From the NCBI GenBank assembly GCA_030704615.1, contig CM060732.1, forward strand, positions 63,426,001 through 63,490,000: a stretch of 64,000 nucleotides of DNA. Direction: 5' to 3'. The translations under genes were made by a program, and so were the position numbers. This DNA is from Takakia lepidozioides. Lineage: Eukaryota; Plantae; Bryophyta. The first letter of the stretch is position 1, and every line of letters starts with the position of its first letter. The notes under the pieces were generated by a model that was not told the DNA's origin, ran no database searches, and saw only the letters and a list, made by a program, of their open reading frames with translations. Below, piece after piece: positions 38,231-51,756 of this stretch.

Positions 38231-38704
38231 CACACTGCTACAACCACCCCAGTCGCATGTTCACTTGTTCAGAATGCTTTTACAATCGAGAGCTATATTC
38301 AACCCATTGAGATATATATCTAGAGCCCGGGACATGAGGGAGATAACGCTCCATTGTATACATTTGACATCGGACTGTAGGATTGCTACCCATAATTGGC
38401 ACCAGCTAGGTGAGGCTCAACTGATCTACATCTGTTATGAATTCAGTAATCTATGATCATTCCAGGTTCACTATCAGTCCAACTACTTGGTTTAGCCTAC
38501 TGGCAGAGAAAGAGAGTTACCAGAGGTTACCAGAGCCGAGCTATCAGATAGGATCTGGCTAAGGTCCATTATCGCAATCTTCGGATTTGTAAGGATCGGG
38601 TCTCCATATGACATCATGAATCAGAGAACCCATACAAGCATAAACTCCAAAGCTCAAAGGAGTTGGAGGCACGTGATCTAAGCTTATCGTAGCAACTTCT
38701 AATT

Positions 38705-40805
38705 TCAAGGTGCTATATGGATGGGGTGCTGTGGATTTGGAGAGTCAAATTTAGAAGCTTTCTGGGCTTGAGCAGCATAGATTGGTGCCACCGGCTTGCT
38801 CAGACTCCCTTGGGCCAAAAAATAGTTCCACCGATCTTGGGTGAGATATGCGAATCCCATAAGAGAGAGCTGGATTGAGAACAAGATGTTGAAAGTTCGA
38901 ATGCTTTTTGATGAAATTAGCTCATAAACATGCATGCCGATGAAGATGTTGATGAATCCCAGAATAACCCCTCCTGTTCCCAGCAACCAGTGAAGGGCAT
39001 ACCAAACGATCCGCGACCTGTCGCCACTGCAGTACCAAAGATAACACAGTGATCGATTAAAGTTGTAGACTGTTGGCCAGTTCAATTACAAGATTTGTCT
39101 TCTCAGCCAGGAAATTCGACCTTGGACGTGCCAGGGTGTCTTTATATTACAACTTCAGCATGATCTGTATGTCGGGTCCTAAATTACTATTGGAGGGGGC
39201 AGCTGATCCTGCAGCGCCTTCCCTGGGATATGCATTCTAAAGCCTGACCGACAGCAGGACGATCATAACAACCAGGAGATCAAGAGAATTCAGTTATTAT
39301 TCATGTAAGAGAAACAGATCAGAATGAGGGAGAGCTGTACTGTGTTGGGCGGATGAAGCCAACAATTGGAGCTAGCCACACCACTATGTACAGGGCTAAG
39401 CCAAGCCGTTCATGTGTGTAGGGAAATGTGTTGTCCCACCGCAAAAATCCAACCAGGGCTCCTGCTATCGAGCCCAGGACTGCAGCAATCTGCAAAATTT
39501 CGAGGAGTTAAACTAGTCCTGCGTGACAACCGTCGACTCGTTCTAAACGGATAACACCATGTCCTTGGAAATTGGTGGATATAAAAAGAGGACCTTTGAA
39601 CTGTCAAGATAATTTGGGATTTGCTATGCTGCAATCTGTACTGAAGGTCAGAGGTGGCATTGAGCATACCTGAATGAAGAGATGTAGATAGTATAATGTC
39701 TTCACTCTCTCTTTCGAACCACTCTCCCTGGCATGCTTCGTGAACCGGACTAATATGATCGCCAGTGGCATGAGGAATCCCATCGATGCCCACATGAGGA
39801 ACCCATGTACTCTAATCCAATGCAAGGTCTGTGCCTGCCACAATTAAACGGAAAGCATTGTCAAAGAAATACTTGCAGCTCAAGAAGGATATCGGCCTGT
39901 GTACAGCTCTTATAGGACTACCTGGCTTTCACTCATAGATTATCGTATGTCGCAAATTAAATCAGATTCTTCTTCCTATTTCTCGCGTCGGGCCGGCGTG
40001 CATAGATTCAGTATAAATTCATTTCCCAGTCACGACTTCTAATTTGTAACTGCCCAGAGACAGACAGTTAGCAAACAGCATTCAACCAACAGACATCTGA
40101 TACACCCAAATGAGGACCGGTGCGGAAAGGTATACATAACTCCAGTGTGTGATTGAGTTGACGTGACAGGCTTGTACTCTATTGATCGTATATCCCCTTC
40201 TTTCGATAATCACAGGTAACAACACGCCGACGTTCGCAGGACTAGTAAATGCTTACTTATACATCTCAGGTTTTTAGTTGACAAGAGTCAGGACTAAGAG
40301 CTCGCCCTCCACTCCAAGAATGTGAAACAGTACGCCTTTATATCAGTATTCTGCCTAGAAAAAATTATATAGGCGATTGCAAGCCTATTCGGAATCTGTC
40401 ATCCTTAAGTTCTTTTTCACACTTAAGTTTCACACGGTCCTTCCTGCAACTCAATGATCGATTTTCACCCAATTAAGAAATATTCGACACAGTACACTGC
40501 ACACAGTTAAGCTGATGGCCCAACCACAGGCGCTGGACCCGTACTGATAAGAAACTCCGTAGCACCAATTACGGATGCAAAAATCCCATACACCCAGCGC
40601 CTTCATATGTGTGCTGCAGGGAATTCTTCTGCAGACAATTCTAAATTCCTCTGACTAGTCAGTACACTCGGTGCTGATCACGACACGCTGGTGAATTCTA
40701 AGCAGAAACAGCTGTTCGCCAACATACCTGATCCTCAGCATGGACTGCTCCTACTCCAACCAGGAAAGCGAGAACACGAATGAGCCAGGAATTTTTGAGC
40801 TCCAT
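38705..40805 (-). CDS. Cytochrome b561 domain-containing membrane protein, ~237 aa, at least 4 exons
   Basis: Exons 40805-40728 (signal peptide), 39834-39670, 39489-39341, 39026-38705. Four heme-ligand His: VHGFLMWASMGFLMP, YLHLFIQ, THERLG, ALHWLLG. An extra micro-exon in intron 1 cannot be excluded. Confidence 0.9.
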
Positions 40806-41290
40806 GTTTGCTCGCAAGCTGGGAGCACAGAGAATGCTCACAGCACACAGCTTGTGTCCTCCAAATAGCTGGCTGGTGGCCGGAGATGGGAATATCCAGG
40901 TCCATCTCGTCTTTACTTACCCACCGTCGATTCTCAGAGACTCAACACGATGGACGGCGTCTGTCTCACGATAACAATTTTTCTGGCCACGAATTTGAGG
41001 TCCCAAACGGAAATGGGTGAGATTTGTTTTGTGTTGGGAGGCCACGTGATGCAAAAGGGACGTGGGCGGGTCCTCTCTGTCCACTCTATATCTTGTACCA
41101 TTTAAAGGACTGTTCCACCTCTAACAATTTGTCTATTTTTTTACTTTCTCTTTTTTGGGATTGTAACCCTGTAAAATTTTATTCATAGGTAAGGAAAAAA
41201 TTACCTTACAAAATGCCATGAAGGCTGAATAACTTAACTTGGTTCCACTAGTCTGTGCCAACAGAAATTTGTTTTTACTTTTGTGTCATT

Positions 41291-41884
41291 TATATATGAC
41301 GCCAACCGAAGCTAGCGTAAATAAGAGCCTCTTCGCTTACCGCACAGGTCCTTCTGTGTCATATTGTAAGCCTCCCGGCCCTGGGTGGTTATTTGTTGCA
41401 CACTATTTTTTCTATTTTTTGCCAACATATAGGCCATTTTCCCTTTGTGTATGTGTATATATATGTCATACTTGAACACCTTCAATAAGTCTTCCTAAAA
41501 CCCTTGATACAAAAAATAGAGATCTGAACTTGCAATATAGTTCCATTTATCCAATTACTTGTTTATATATTAATATATTTTTTGATTATATTGTGGGGTG
41601 CGGTGTTCTGGGGATGGACGACTAGGTTACTTTGAAAAAGGTTTAATTTTTCTCTTGTCATCTTGTGTAGAAGATAATAAATTCATTAATGGTGAGAATA
41701 TTGTGAAGTATGTTACTTCCATGGAGAATATCCTAATGGTGGTGCCTCTATGATTCTTGACGTTGCCACTAGATCACTGGATCATAGTTGGAGTGTCTCC
41801 AACTAAACATGCATCATGGGTAGGGCTCTACCCAGAGGGGGGAGAGGCTCTTATGTACGCTAGCTTCGGCTGACATCATATATG
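41291..41884. repeat. Inverted pair of a ~50-bp dispersed repeat
   Basis: TATATGACGCCAACCGAAGCTAGCGTAAATAAGAGCCTCT versus GAGGCTCTTATGTACGCTAGCTTCGGCTGACATCATATA. Confidence 0.7.
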
Positions 41885-44800
41885 TATATATATCATCGGT
41901 GTAGCCAAGCTATGGTTTCCAAGTCGTCCCCACTCCCCATTACTCTGTTGCAATAAACTGTTGGTTGCGATATTTTATCGTTGTATGGATCAAAAAATTG
42001 CCTATGTCGGATTGAGAGCGGCATGTCTCTTCCGTTGGACTCGGTCTCTCCAAAAGCATACAAATTGTCCATCATAAGAGCTGACATGCAATAAGAGGCT
42101 CTACAAATTATACAGGAATGCAACAATTACGGGCGAGGCAAATTCCATATATCATACTTACTTGTAAATTAATGATCATTACGATGAACTTTTCATTTTT
42201 CTTAACTATATTCCACCTCATAACATATTCATTGGTCTGATAGAACAGCCAAATCCCCTTCCTAACCCACACAAAAATGAAAATAATAGGAATAATGTAA
42301 GAACTTAATGGACGCCTGCGATCTGAGGATACTTTTGCGGCAGCATGGGTTCATCCGGCGAGCCACCTATCAGATCCTCCCCACCCCCTCTTACTGATCC
42401 GGATTCACTATTAAGTACATTAGAAATGCAAGAGGTGGACAAATAGTGTGAGTAACCTACTGGTAAGGTGATTGCAATATAGGTGGTTGCTTTGTGTAAC
42501 CCTAGCCAGTGTAAACCCGGGTCTGTGTAACTCCAACTAGTGTAACCATGGGTAGTATCACTCTGCGTCTTGTGTAACTCCTCTAAGACAAATTTGGATT
42601 TAGTTAATTTTTTAGACCAACTGCGAGTTAAACCGAGTAGAGTTACACTCCCTTCTGTAACCCCGAATGGAGTTACATTGCCCGCCGTGTAATCCAAACT
42701 GGAGTTACACTCCTTTCAGTTCCATGTTACTCAGAGAGGGTGGGAAAGATTGACATGCCAGAAACCGGCGCACCATCTTGTTAGAGATCACAACGTGTGC
42801 ATTAAGTTCTTACATTATTCCTAGTGTTCTCCCCCCAAAATGGAAATAAACATATAAAATAAACAGAAAATGGACTAATATGTGTCATAAAATGAGGATG
42901 TTTTGTGGTTCTCTTTTTAGAAAGGAGGGATGTTATGTAACCCTTAACTGCCTAGGCAAGTTGCAAAAAGCCCGACATTTGTCCAATTTTTTTTAATTTT
43001 TTGTTGGCAATTATGTTTATGACCAGATGGCCCACCCGCTGGCATTCATGCCTTGAATTCGGATAAAAGCAGGGCCTTGCAGGATTTCTGGAAATCCAGG
43101 TGGTCATCTATTTCCCTGTGATGCCCGAGGTGGCCTGTCCGGCTTGCGGCATGAAGGCAGCCCGGCGTGATAGCCCCACACAGGGTGAAAGAGAATTTAG
43201 TTGACGTGGCCCTACCCAAGGTGTTGGAATCTTCCGCCCCGGTGTAGGTAATTCCCAGCCTGAATGGCCCAAAACTTGCTGGTCTAACTTTTGCCCAACT
43301 TTTTCCTTAATATTCCACTAGTGGATTTTTTAGAAAATTCGGTGGAGTGCATATAGCATTGTCACCGCTGCGATTTCCAAAATACATTTTTTTCTTGGTC
43401 CTAAATTTTGGGTTTGTCCATTTTGAAGTTCAAGCATATTCAAACCCCACTTTGAGTAAAAGGGGGCATTTAAAAAATTTGGGAATTTGGCCTTCAAATT
43501 TCTGGGGACCCCTCTAACAAGTAGAATCATTTTGATGGCAACCCGTGATGACTGGTTAGTTTCATTTTGATGGATAGGGAGAATACGGCCAAAAGCCCCA
43601 AACTTTGCGGATAACTGATAACTACATAACTTTCTGCCATGACTACCGTACTCTTTACACCGACATTCCAGCTCGCCCAAGACATCCAGATCAGAACGCC
43701 CAACCTTATAGTTTTTTACTATATCTATCACATTTACGCACACATTCAACTTATAAGTATCCAACCCCAAGGTTACAAGAGAATGTTGTCTTCTCGCCTT
43801 ACTAATTTTCCTTGCCATGGTCTTCATGTACAAGAAGGGCCGAATTTGAGGATTTGTTACAGTCAAGATCAAGGTCGGAGAGGCTTGTCTTCATGCTCGT
43901 GATGATCTCATCATCCATGATCCATGCAGACCATTCTTACATCCTTAAAGGCGTCTTTTCCTTCCATAATGCATTCATGTCATCCGATAGGGCCGTTCGT
44001 TTCATCCAAGAGGCCGTTCTTTCTCATCTGGAGCTCCAGCTCTTCTTCTTCAATTAAAGAGAAGGATGATGTATCACTCCGTCATTTTCAGTTAAGTATG
44101 TTGGGTATCCGATGGGAGCACGGCGGCTTGGACCCACTACACCATATCCGCGGCCGTCACCTAGTCTGTAATGATTGACCCTTACTTTGTTGTGCACTTT
44201 CATTGGCTCCATCCGTTTAAAAGAAAAGTGTATGACACCTCCCAAAAGTAAGCGCAACTTATGGAAAGGCCCTTCCTGCGGAACGGTGGACACCTTTGTG
44301 ACACGATCTGTGGATTGAACCCACGACCACTTCCAAGGTGGTATGTGCCCATGGCTACGATTTGGTTGTCACTCCATCAATAGATTTATGTGGTGGCATG
44401 ATCTATAATTTGCAGCCTTGGGACAAAAATTGAGTCAAAATATTTCGAAATGTTGGGAGGGTCCCACGTCAGCAAAGTTATGTGGTTACTGGATTTTTGC
44501 ATGAGCATGGTCCTCAACTGGCAACGTGGTTTAACATAGGCCATTTGGCAGATAATGGCCCAGCACTGACCGTTATAAAGGTATTGTACGGAACTATACC
44601 TTTGCGATAAAGTGGGCCTGCCGTGAAGGAGAATCTGGTGTCGTGTCTTCTCGACCATCTTCAACTATTTCGGGAGTCTTCTCGTAGTTTTTCTTTTCTC
44701 TGTATAAAAATGAACCATGGGAGTGACTCCACTTCGCACGTGTAAAGCATGTTCACACAGGGTCCATGAAACGATTGTACGGCCCAAACTGTACGGTCGT

Positions 44801-45580
44801 GCTACTTCCTACTGTGGTTGCACGCCTCTATATGTTTCAAACAACAAGGTGTCATGGAGGCAGCTGAGTCCTGCTTTCATCCAATAAGTAAATAAATGGG
44901 GAATCAGGGTGCTATTGCAAATCGTGTTTGTGACCATGTGAACATCCTGCAAGACTTAATTCGGCTATTGTTTTCATCTATCATGTTAACATCATTTGAA
45001 GCAAGGTCCGTGGAGACCACAAGCAAGATGACTAGCCACTTGTTTTATTGTATTCCGACAAGAATATAAATACATTTCAAATCATCTAACATGTGAAATA
45101 ATTATATTATCCTACAGGAAGCTTCTAGGAGTTAGTCAGTGCAAAAATGGCTGTTGAAGTTCTCTTAGTTTTGCCCCATCAAACCGAAGGTTACGGCGTA
45201 ACACACACTTAGGTCTTGCCATTTATGTAAGTAGAAGATTTAAAAAAATTAATTCTTAATTATAATTTAACATATTTATTATTACTATGGTTACAACTAT
45301 CATTTTGGTTCTGAAACTCAATGCCCAATATTTTATATCCAAGTACCAAATATGTAGCCCAAGTTGGAGACACTGATCCAAGCAAAACAACTTTATTATT
45401 GCATGTAGAAACTCAAATATAAATATAAATAATAAATAAAATCTAATATATGGATTAAATTATGTGTTGACAACCACAATATAGGTATAGGGAATAGTAA
45501 AGAGAGCAAAAGATATCTAAATTCGATATAATTTTAAATACAGAAATTGTCCATGCAAGTGTTTATATATATTTATATTT

Positions 45581-45795
45581 AAAAGGAAACCTGGGAGCGA
45601 CTGCTCACAATTCAGGCCCCTGAGGAGGGGGAAAAATTAACCCCCTTTCAGATAAGCCATTAGGCACACAGGTGGAAACGTCACCACCAGACCAACCGGT
45701 CACGAATAATCCACACACCACGCAGGGCAACGGGTTTGAACCCCAAACCACTAGGGCGACACACTATGCACTTACCAGATGAGCTACCAACTGAT
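45581..45795 (-). mobile_element. tRNA-derived SINE, second copy
   Basis: On the minus strand: box A TAGCTCATCTGG, box B GGTTCAAACCC, 3' body AGGGGCCTG...GCTCCCAGGTTTCC, then an AT-rich tail. Confidence 0.7.
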
Positions 45796-46339
45796 GTGCT
45801 TTTATATTAAGTTCCATGAAATCTTGTTCATGATTGGACCTCAACAACTACAAAAGCAAAAGAATTTCAAATATTAAAAAGAACAGCTTTTCAAATGTGT
45901 TTGTCATATGGTTATATGGTAACGGAGCCTTGAAAGAAATCCAGGCATATACGAGAGATACTACAGGAGAGAGTTTTGGTTATTGCCTCATTAAAGATAT
46001 GAAAGACATGAGACATGAGTGATGAAAGGGAAGCTAATTGATGTTCAGCGAAAAGATAAAGTTATTTGAAAGTTAATTATCCATATCTCTGGGAGAGAGG
46101 AATAGACATAGGGGAATCATCTGGACCTCTCACACCATTAAGGCCAGAGAGTACATCACCCATATCGGAAGAACCAAATTTGGATGTCACTTCTTCTTAT
46201 TCTTTACAAGAAAGATTAAGGGATTTGGTACAAGAAGAAGATCAGCCACGAGGGGAAAATTGCAAGGACGGATGATGGCTTTACCATATTGATTGTTTCA
46301 TTAAGTCTTACAACATACTACCAAGTTTGGTGGTATATA

Positions 46340-47100
46340 CTGATTAGACAGATATCAAGCTTTGTTCCTATGACTTGGGAAATGATATCGGAGGTGATCG
46401 AAGAGGCTCAAAAAACATGGCCAAGTACGTATTGATCATAAGAGGGCGGTGAGAACTTGTGTATCTTCTACAGCTAGTGGATCCATATTGCTACCTCTAT
46501 GGATTATATGTACAGAAAAACTACCCAGTCTTTTCCTAAAAGTCGTGAGGCAAGAGTGAATCTAGGTGTAGCTTTCCATTGGGCTTTGTCAACCAACCAT
46601 TGATCGACATTGGAGACATGCAAAGAGTTTGTAAGTAGAAAATATTTTGATACCTTACTTAGACATAGAAGCAATAAAAACATGAATCTACCATATTCTC
46701 AAAAAATGGTATGGCTAATTGATTGCTAGAATATTGATTCACAAAGTTTCAGCTGAATTTTTAGCTTGGATGAAATGTGAACATCCACGCATCTATGTTC
46801 TATTTGTTCCAGCTGGTTATACCTCTAAGTATCAATCTACAGATGTAATATTACAAAAGTCCCTATAAAATTTGTTTTAGCTGATCAACGTTGGTTAACA
46901 AAGAGTCCAAAGAATTTACTGCAAACAGATGTTCCAACAAAGAAAGTGGTAGTGGATACATCACTTGGAATTTTGTGAAAGAACGTTGCAATTTTATTGT
47001 TCGAGGCCTGAGATAAAGTGAAGGTTGATAAACTTATAATATGATAGTGCATGATTGGGCAAAATATGACATTATTTGGGCATTTGATAATTTAGTCTTG
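46340..47100 (+). mobile_element. pogo-like (Tc1/mariner, DDE_1) transposase relic
   Basis: Fragmentary translation: CVSSTASG..LP, ALSTNH*STLETCKEFV, QKMVWLIDC, EFLAWMK.EHP, LFVPAGYTSKYQS.DVILQK. Many stops. Confidence 0.75.
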
Positions 47101-50100
47101 CAAGCTGAAGCTGTGCAAGCTAATCAGAATGCTTCCTTATCAGCCTATAAGAGCTCAAACTGGCTTTTAGCCTCCACTTGAGTTTTCTAGATACCATTAT
47201 CGAAACTGCAGACAGATCTATCCCCTAGTCCTCTTAGGTCGTAGGTCCTCCACCTCCTCCACTATAATTAATTATCCAGTCTAATATCATCCATAAAGTC
47301 TGCAAATTTCTTGTGATTGTCTCAGTTGGGTCTCAGATAGCTTTCTTTGGTATATACATGTGTAATTTGTACTTTTATAGGTTTTATACTACTCTTTCGA
47401 ACCAGTAGTAAGACTTATAGCACTTAAAAGCACACCTAATTTTGATGAAATGCCATAGATGTTTTTGGACCATATGGATAGGGGAGTCATATTGGAACTG
47501 AAATTCTACAACATGCATCAACCGAAGTCATTGTATTGATTGTACGTGTGGAATATTTCAATAAAACAAAATAATACGGATATAGTGTGTGGAACCAATT
47601 TAGTGTGAAAGTAACACTAAATCCCTAGGTGTTAACTTACTGACTTCTGATTATTATTCTTGTATTATTCATCAAGTCAAACAGATGTATCAAGGACGCA
47701 AGAAGATGAGTGACATGTACTGGCAGATTCGTGATCACAGATTATACTTCACTAATGAAGTTTCTGACATGCTAACGAGTAAGCAACATATCCAGCAGCT
47801 GCGTCAGGATCCGCCGAACTCTTCTTCCACGAAGAAGACACTGAAGAAGAAATTGGATTCGGTTACCCAGTGCCTCGATATTTGCCGCGAAGTTACAAAT
47901 CAATGGCCCGTACTGGAATGACCAACGAGCAGTATTGGGCGATTCTATGCTTGGCAGTCGAGGGTAATTCTAAGTTTCATGATGTAGAATATCGAAAAAG
48001 GTGGTGAAAAGCTGTGCTGCAAAGCAGTTTTATGTAGTTGATGGCTTGGACTTGGGGGATGCTATTATGTGTCATTTTAGCACATTGTTATCAAATCCAA
48101 AAGAAATGTATTGTTCAATGACATGTTATCTTAATGGTTGATATTTTCGTGCAGCTTTGACATTCCAAAGCCAATAGAATTGACACGGATATATGGCCTG
48201 ACGAAATGCGTACAAAAACCAATAGTTTGACATCTCGGAACTTTGAGATGCATGTTTTTTTGTGCTCACTGCTCATTAAAAAACAACCCCTATCGCTACT
48301 AGTAACTTAGCCTATACACCACACTTGACTCCGGACAGTTCATCAATCACTGAGTGTTATAGGATCCTTACAGCATGTATTTAGGAAGCAGTAGACACGT
48401 CGTCTCTCACTCAATTGCTCTCTAGGGATCACTATTGCCTTATAGTTTCTTGCCAAGAAGCTATGTTGATTCATGCATACATGCATGAGTCTTGATTCTT
48501 GATTTGTAATAAACAATCTTCTATGTTTGTCAATTTCACTTACAGTTTTCAAGTCCTCCGTCAACCGTTAATTGAACCTGTCCGACCTTCATCAATGTAC
48601 TTTGTGTAATTTAAGGCCTTTTTGGAATGGTTTTAAATTTGACCTTCCAGATCTTTATCCCACATCGTTTGCAGCTGGAGTTCTTCTTTGTTTATATATC
48701 TATACTGGCGGAATGTGGCCAAACCATCCTATTGGTTTTATTCGGACCACATGAGGCGGGTCCAAAGGATGACGACCGGTGGTTTGCAGCCGATTTTGTG
48801 ATGGCGCACCACATTTACAAAGAGATTGCATGTGAGCAAACTTGGCTTACATGTGTGGACGTTGTTGTAAAGGCTAAGAAGGGGGGCCTATCTGTGGGGG
48901 CACCCAAAACTGGATAGAATTGTGTCGTTTATTAAGGATGACGAGCGTTTTTATACAATGTGTCTTGCAAACTAACTAGCATGTCAGATGAGGACAAACT
49001 AATTGTCCTCAGTTTGCACATGGAGAGTGGACGAAGACTAATGAGGTTTGTGTTGACAGTGATTCTAAAGGGGCTTTTAGAATATTGACTCCCGAAGAAG
49101 TCAGTGATCTGTTAGCGTCATTTGAGCAGTAGATCCCCTAGACTAATTTCCCGTATTTGAGGTGAGGACTAAATATGTGAGTTAAATGATCTCATTAATC
49201 AATATTACGATGATATTTATGAATCAATTGACGGTCGTCTGGACATAGTTTGGAGTTCATTTTAGACAGTTATGACCATTTTTGGATCACCTTCGGCGAA
49301 CAGTTTAGATGCCTTCAAACATAATGGAATTTTGTAGACTTTAGGTATGTTTGAGAATTTCAAAAATTCCCAATTCTCACTTATTTATTGCATAATGAAT
49401 TTGTATTATTTATTGCCGAACTACCTTTCCATTACGGTAGTTCAGATGGAGATTTTATAACAATATTTCTAAAGGGATATCGCTTTTAGCTTTGTATCTT
49501 AGCCTCTTCTTCCACTTCATGATGGAAGCCTTGGAGCATTTTTCTCTATTTCATGCATGTTATGTGAAAATGACTAGGTGCAACCCAAACCTTGAGTATA
49601 ATAAGAACAATTTAAAGAACAACCAAAAACAAAACCTCACATTGATAATTGGTTGTCGAACTACTTTTGCCCAATATCCAAATTATCTATCAGGGTATTT
49701 ATCCATTGGTTATCAATAAAAAAAAATTCAAAGATCATGTATAGCCATGATTTCTCCACGCAAAATGTTGAGGCAACATGGGAGATGGTTGTATATTCTC
49801 AATTTACTAACAACTGAATATGTGTCATCTCCCACATATGCATCTTTTAGGGAGGTATATATATATATAGCGCAGGAAGAAATTTTAAGGAAGAGAGGTC
49901 TGTGAATTTTGAAATTTGTATGATAAAAAATGTCGTGATGTTGCTCAGCTTGGAGCTGCCAATTTCCATGGCTTAAGGTAGTAACACCCAAATGTGTGCA
50001 TTTAGTGAGTGTGACTTATACAGGAGGTGCACTAAGGAGATAATGGTACCATTGGAAATTTAGTAAGGTTGAACTCAAACCATTTGAACTCCATTAGCTA

Positions 50101-51440
50101 GTATACGTACATGGGACCCACTGCCCTGCTGCTCACTTCTTATCTACGAAACTATATTGTGGAGTATCTTTAGATTTGAGTTGCTGCTAACAGTGTTCAA
50201 GTCAATCAGGAGAGGCAAATGGGGGTTTTAAGTGGAAAGTAGTCAGTTTTGATGCCCGCATTGCTGTCTTTCATGAATCTCTTTGGCCAGACTTGATTTC
50301 ATTGGTGGGCAATTTAGGGACCATCAATGGGTTTGACTTTGGATAAATTGAACACCACTATAGAATGCACGCCAAGTCATTGGCAAGTACTTAGGAAGTT
50401 ATGAATTGCTCAAAGAGGGCACGTTTTTAGATGCAGCAATTGTGTATGTGAGGCTGTTGCGAGCTTTGCATTAGATGTTTTATTACTTCACATTAGTTGG
50501 GTCTATTGCATACACATAGGCAGATCTGTATTCAGACTTTGATAATTTTTATCAAATGACCACTTGCATAAAAAAAAAACTGTAATCCATATGAGGCACA
50601 ATTTGTTGTGTTGTCACTTTCTTTAAATGAAGCAGCCGTCGTGGTATTTGGAAAATAAAATCTGCCCAAATCTGGCCTAAGATTATCTGGTAGGTGCTTA
50701 ATTATGTGCAAATCGTGCTTAGTGTAATCTAAAAGCTTTACTGACAACCATGCAATTACAAATCCAGTAAGTACATAATCGAGTTGATCTTGGGTCACCA
50801 AACTACCATATCTGTAGGCAATTTCTGCCTTTGGTGGTTCTTAAACAAACTAATGAAATCTGTTGATCCATTCAAGGGCCTCAGTTGTCACCTTTATGTA
50901 CAAAAATAGGGCTCCACATTTAAGGTCACTGCCCTGTGCGCGGCCTTTGGGCAAGCCCGCCATTTGGTTGTTACTACCTTACATGGTTGATTTGAGGATA
51001 TATGTGGGATGTTTGGATCGGTGCATAAATTGTGGCTGTGGAGCAAATAAGTGTTTTAATTGTATAAAGAAAGTGGAGTGTATTTGTTATATGGTTTAGG
51101 TATTCCATGTAAGCTGGTAATAGTGGAGGAGACTCATAAATGTTGATTGAGAATTGAATGTGGCTAAAGTGACCATCCAAGGGGGTTTGTCAACAAAAGA
51201 TGATTGTTGTTGGTATAGTTGTTTTATGGAATAAATACGATAGGTGAAGGCTTCCGTGGATGTAAATGGAGATGTTATAATACGAACACTTATTTGTTGT
51301 TATATAAAACAAGATAAAAAAATAATCAAATTGAATAACAAAATCCTCAAAATGGCATATATCAAAAAATATAACATTGATAACAGAACCATCTATTTAG
51401 GTTCAACAATAATTTAAATAATTGTTTTTGAATGATCTTA

Positions 51441-51756
51441 CTGTACTTACCTAGCTTATTAGGCACTTCCGCGCATAATAATTAATAAAAATGGAATATT
51501 ATTAGGCAGATTCGTTTTTATTATTTAGGCACCTCACCTAGGTAATTTCCAAACTTTAGGCATGTATTACAGTCGACCCTATTGTTGAGATAATGTTTTA
51601 AAAAAAAAACATAATGGTTTTGAAAATAGATTCCAGTAATTAGGCACTTCTCAGGAAAATTTTCCAAGTTTTAGGCACATCTTTCAAAAATGTTCTAGAT
51701 TTAATTAGGCACTTGATTTTGAATTAATTATTGCCTAATAAGCTAGGTAAGTACGG
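51441..51756. mobile_element. Tc1/mariner (pogo-type) MITE, 316 bp
   Basis: TA on both sides. 25-bp TIRs CTGTACTTACCTAGCTTATTAGGCA / TGCCTAATAAGCTAGGTAAGTACGG (1 mismatch). Internal TTAGGCA repeats. Confidence 0.9.

Noticed and set aside
43330-43872. 180-aa minus-strand ORF
   Set aside because: No recognisable motif; it lies in TE-like sequence and starts at a non-ATG codon.
44290-44360. tRNA-like T-arm (GGTTCAATCC) on the minus strand
   Set aside because: Only a B-box-like motif; no convincing A box or cloverleaf.
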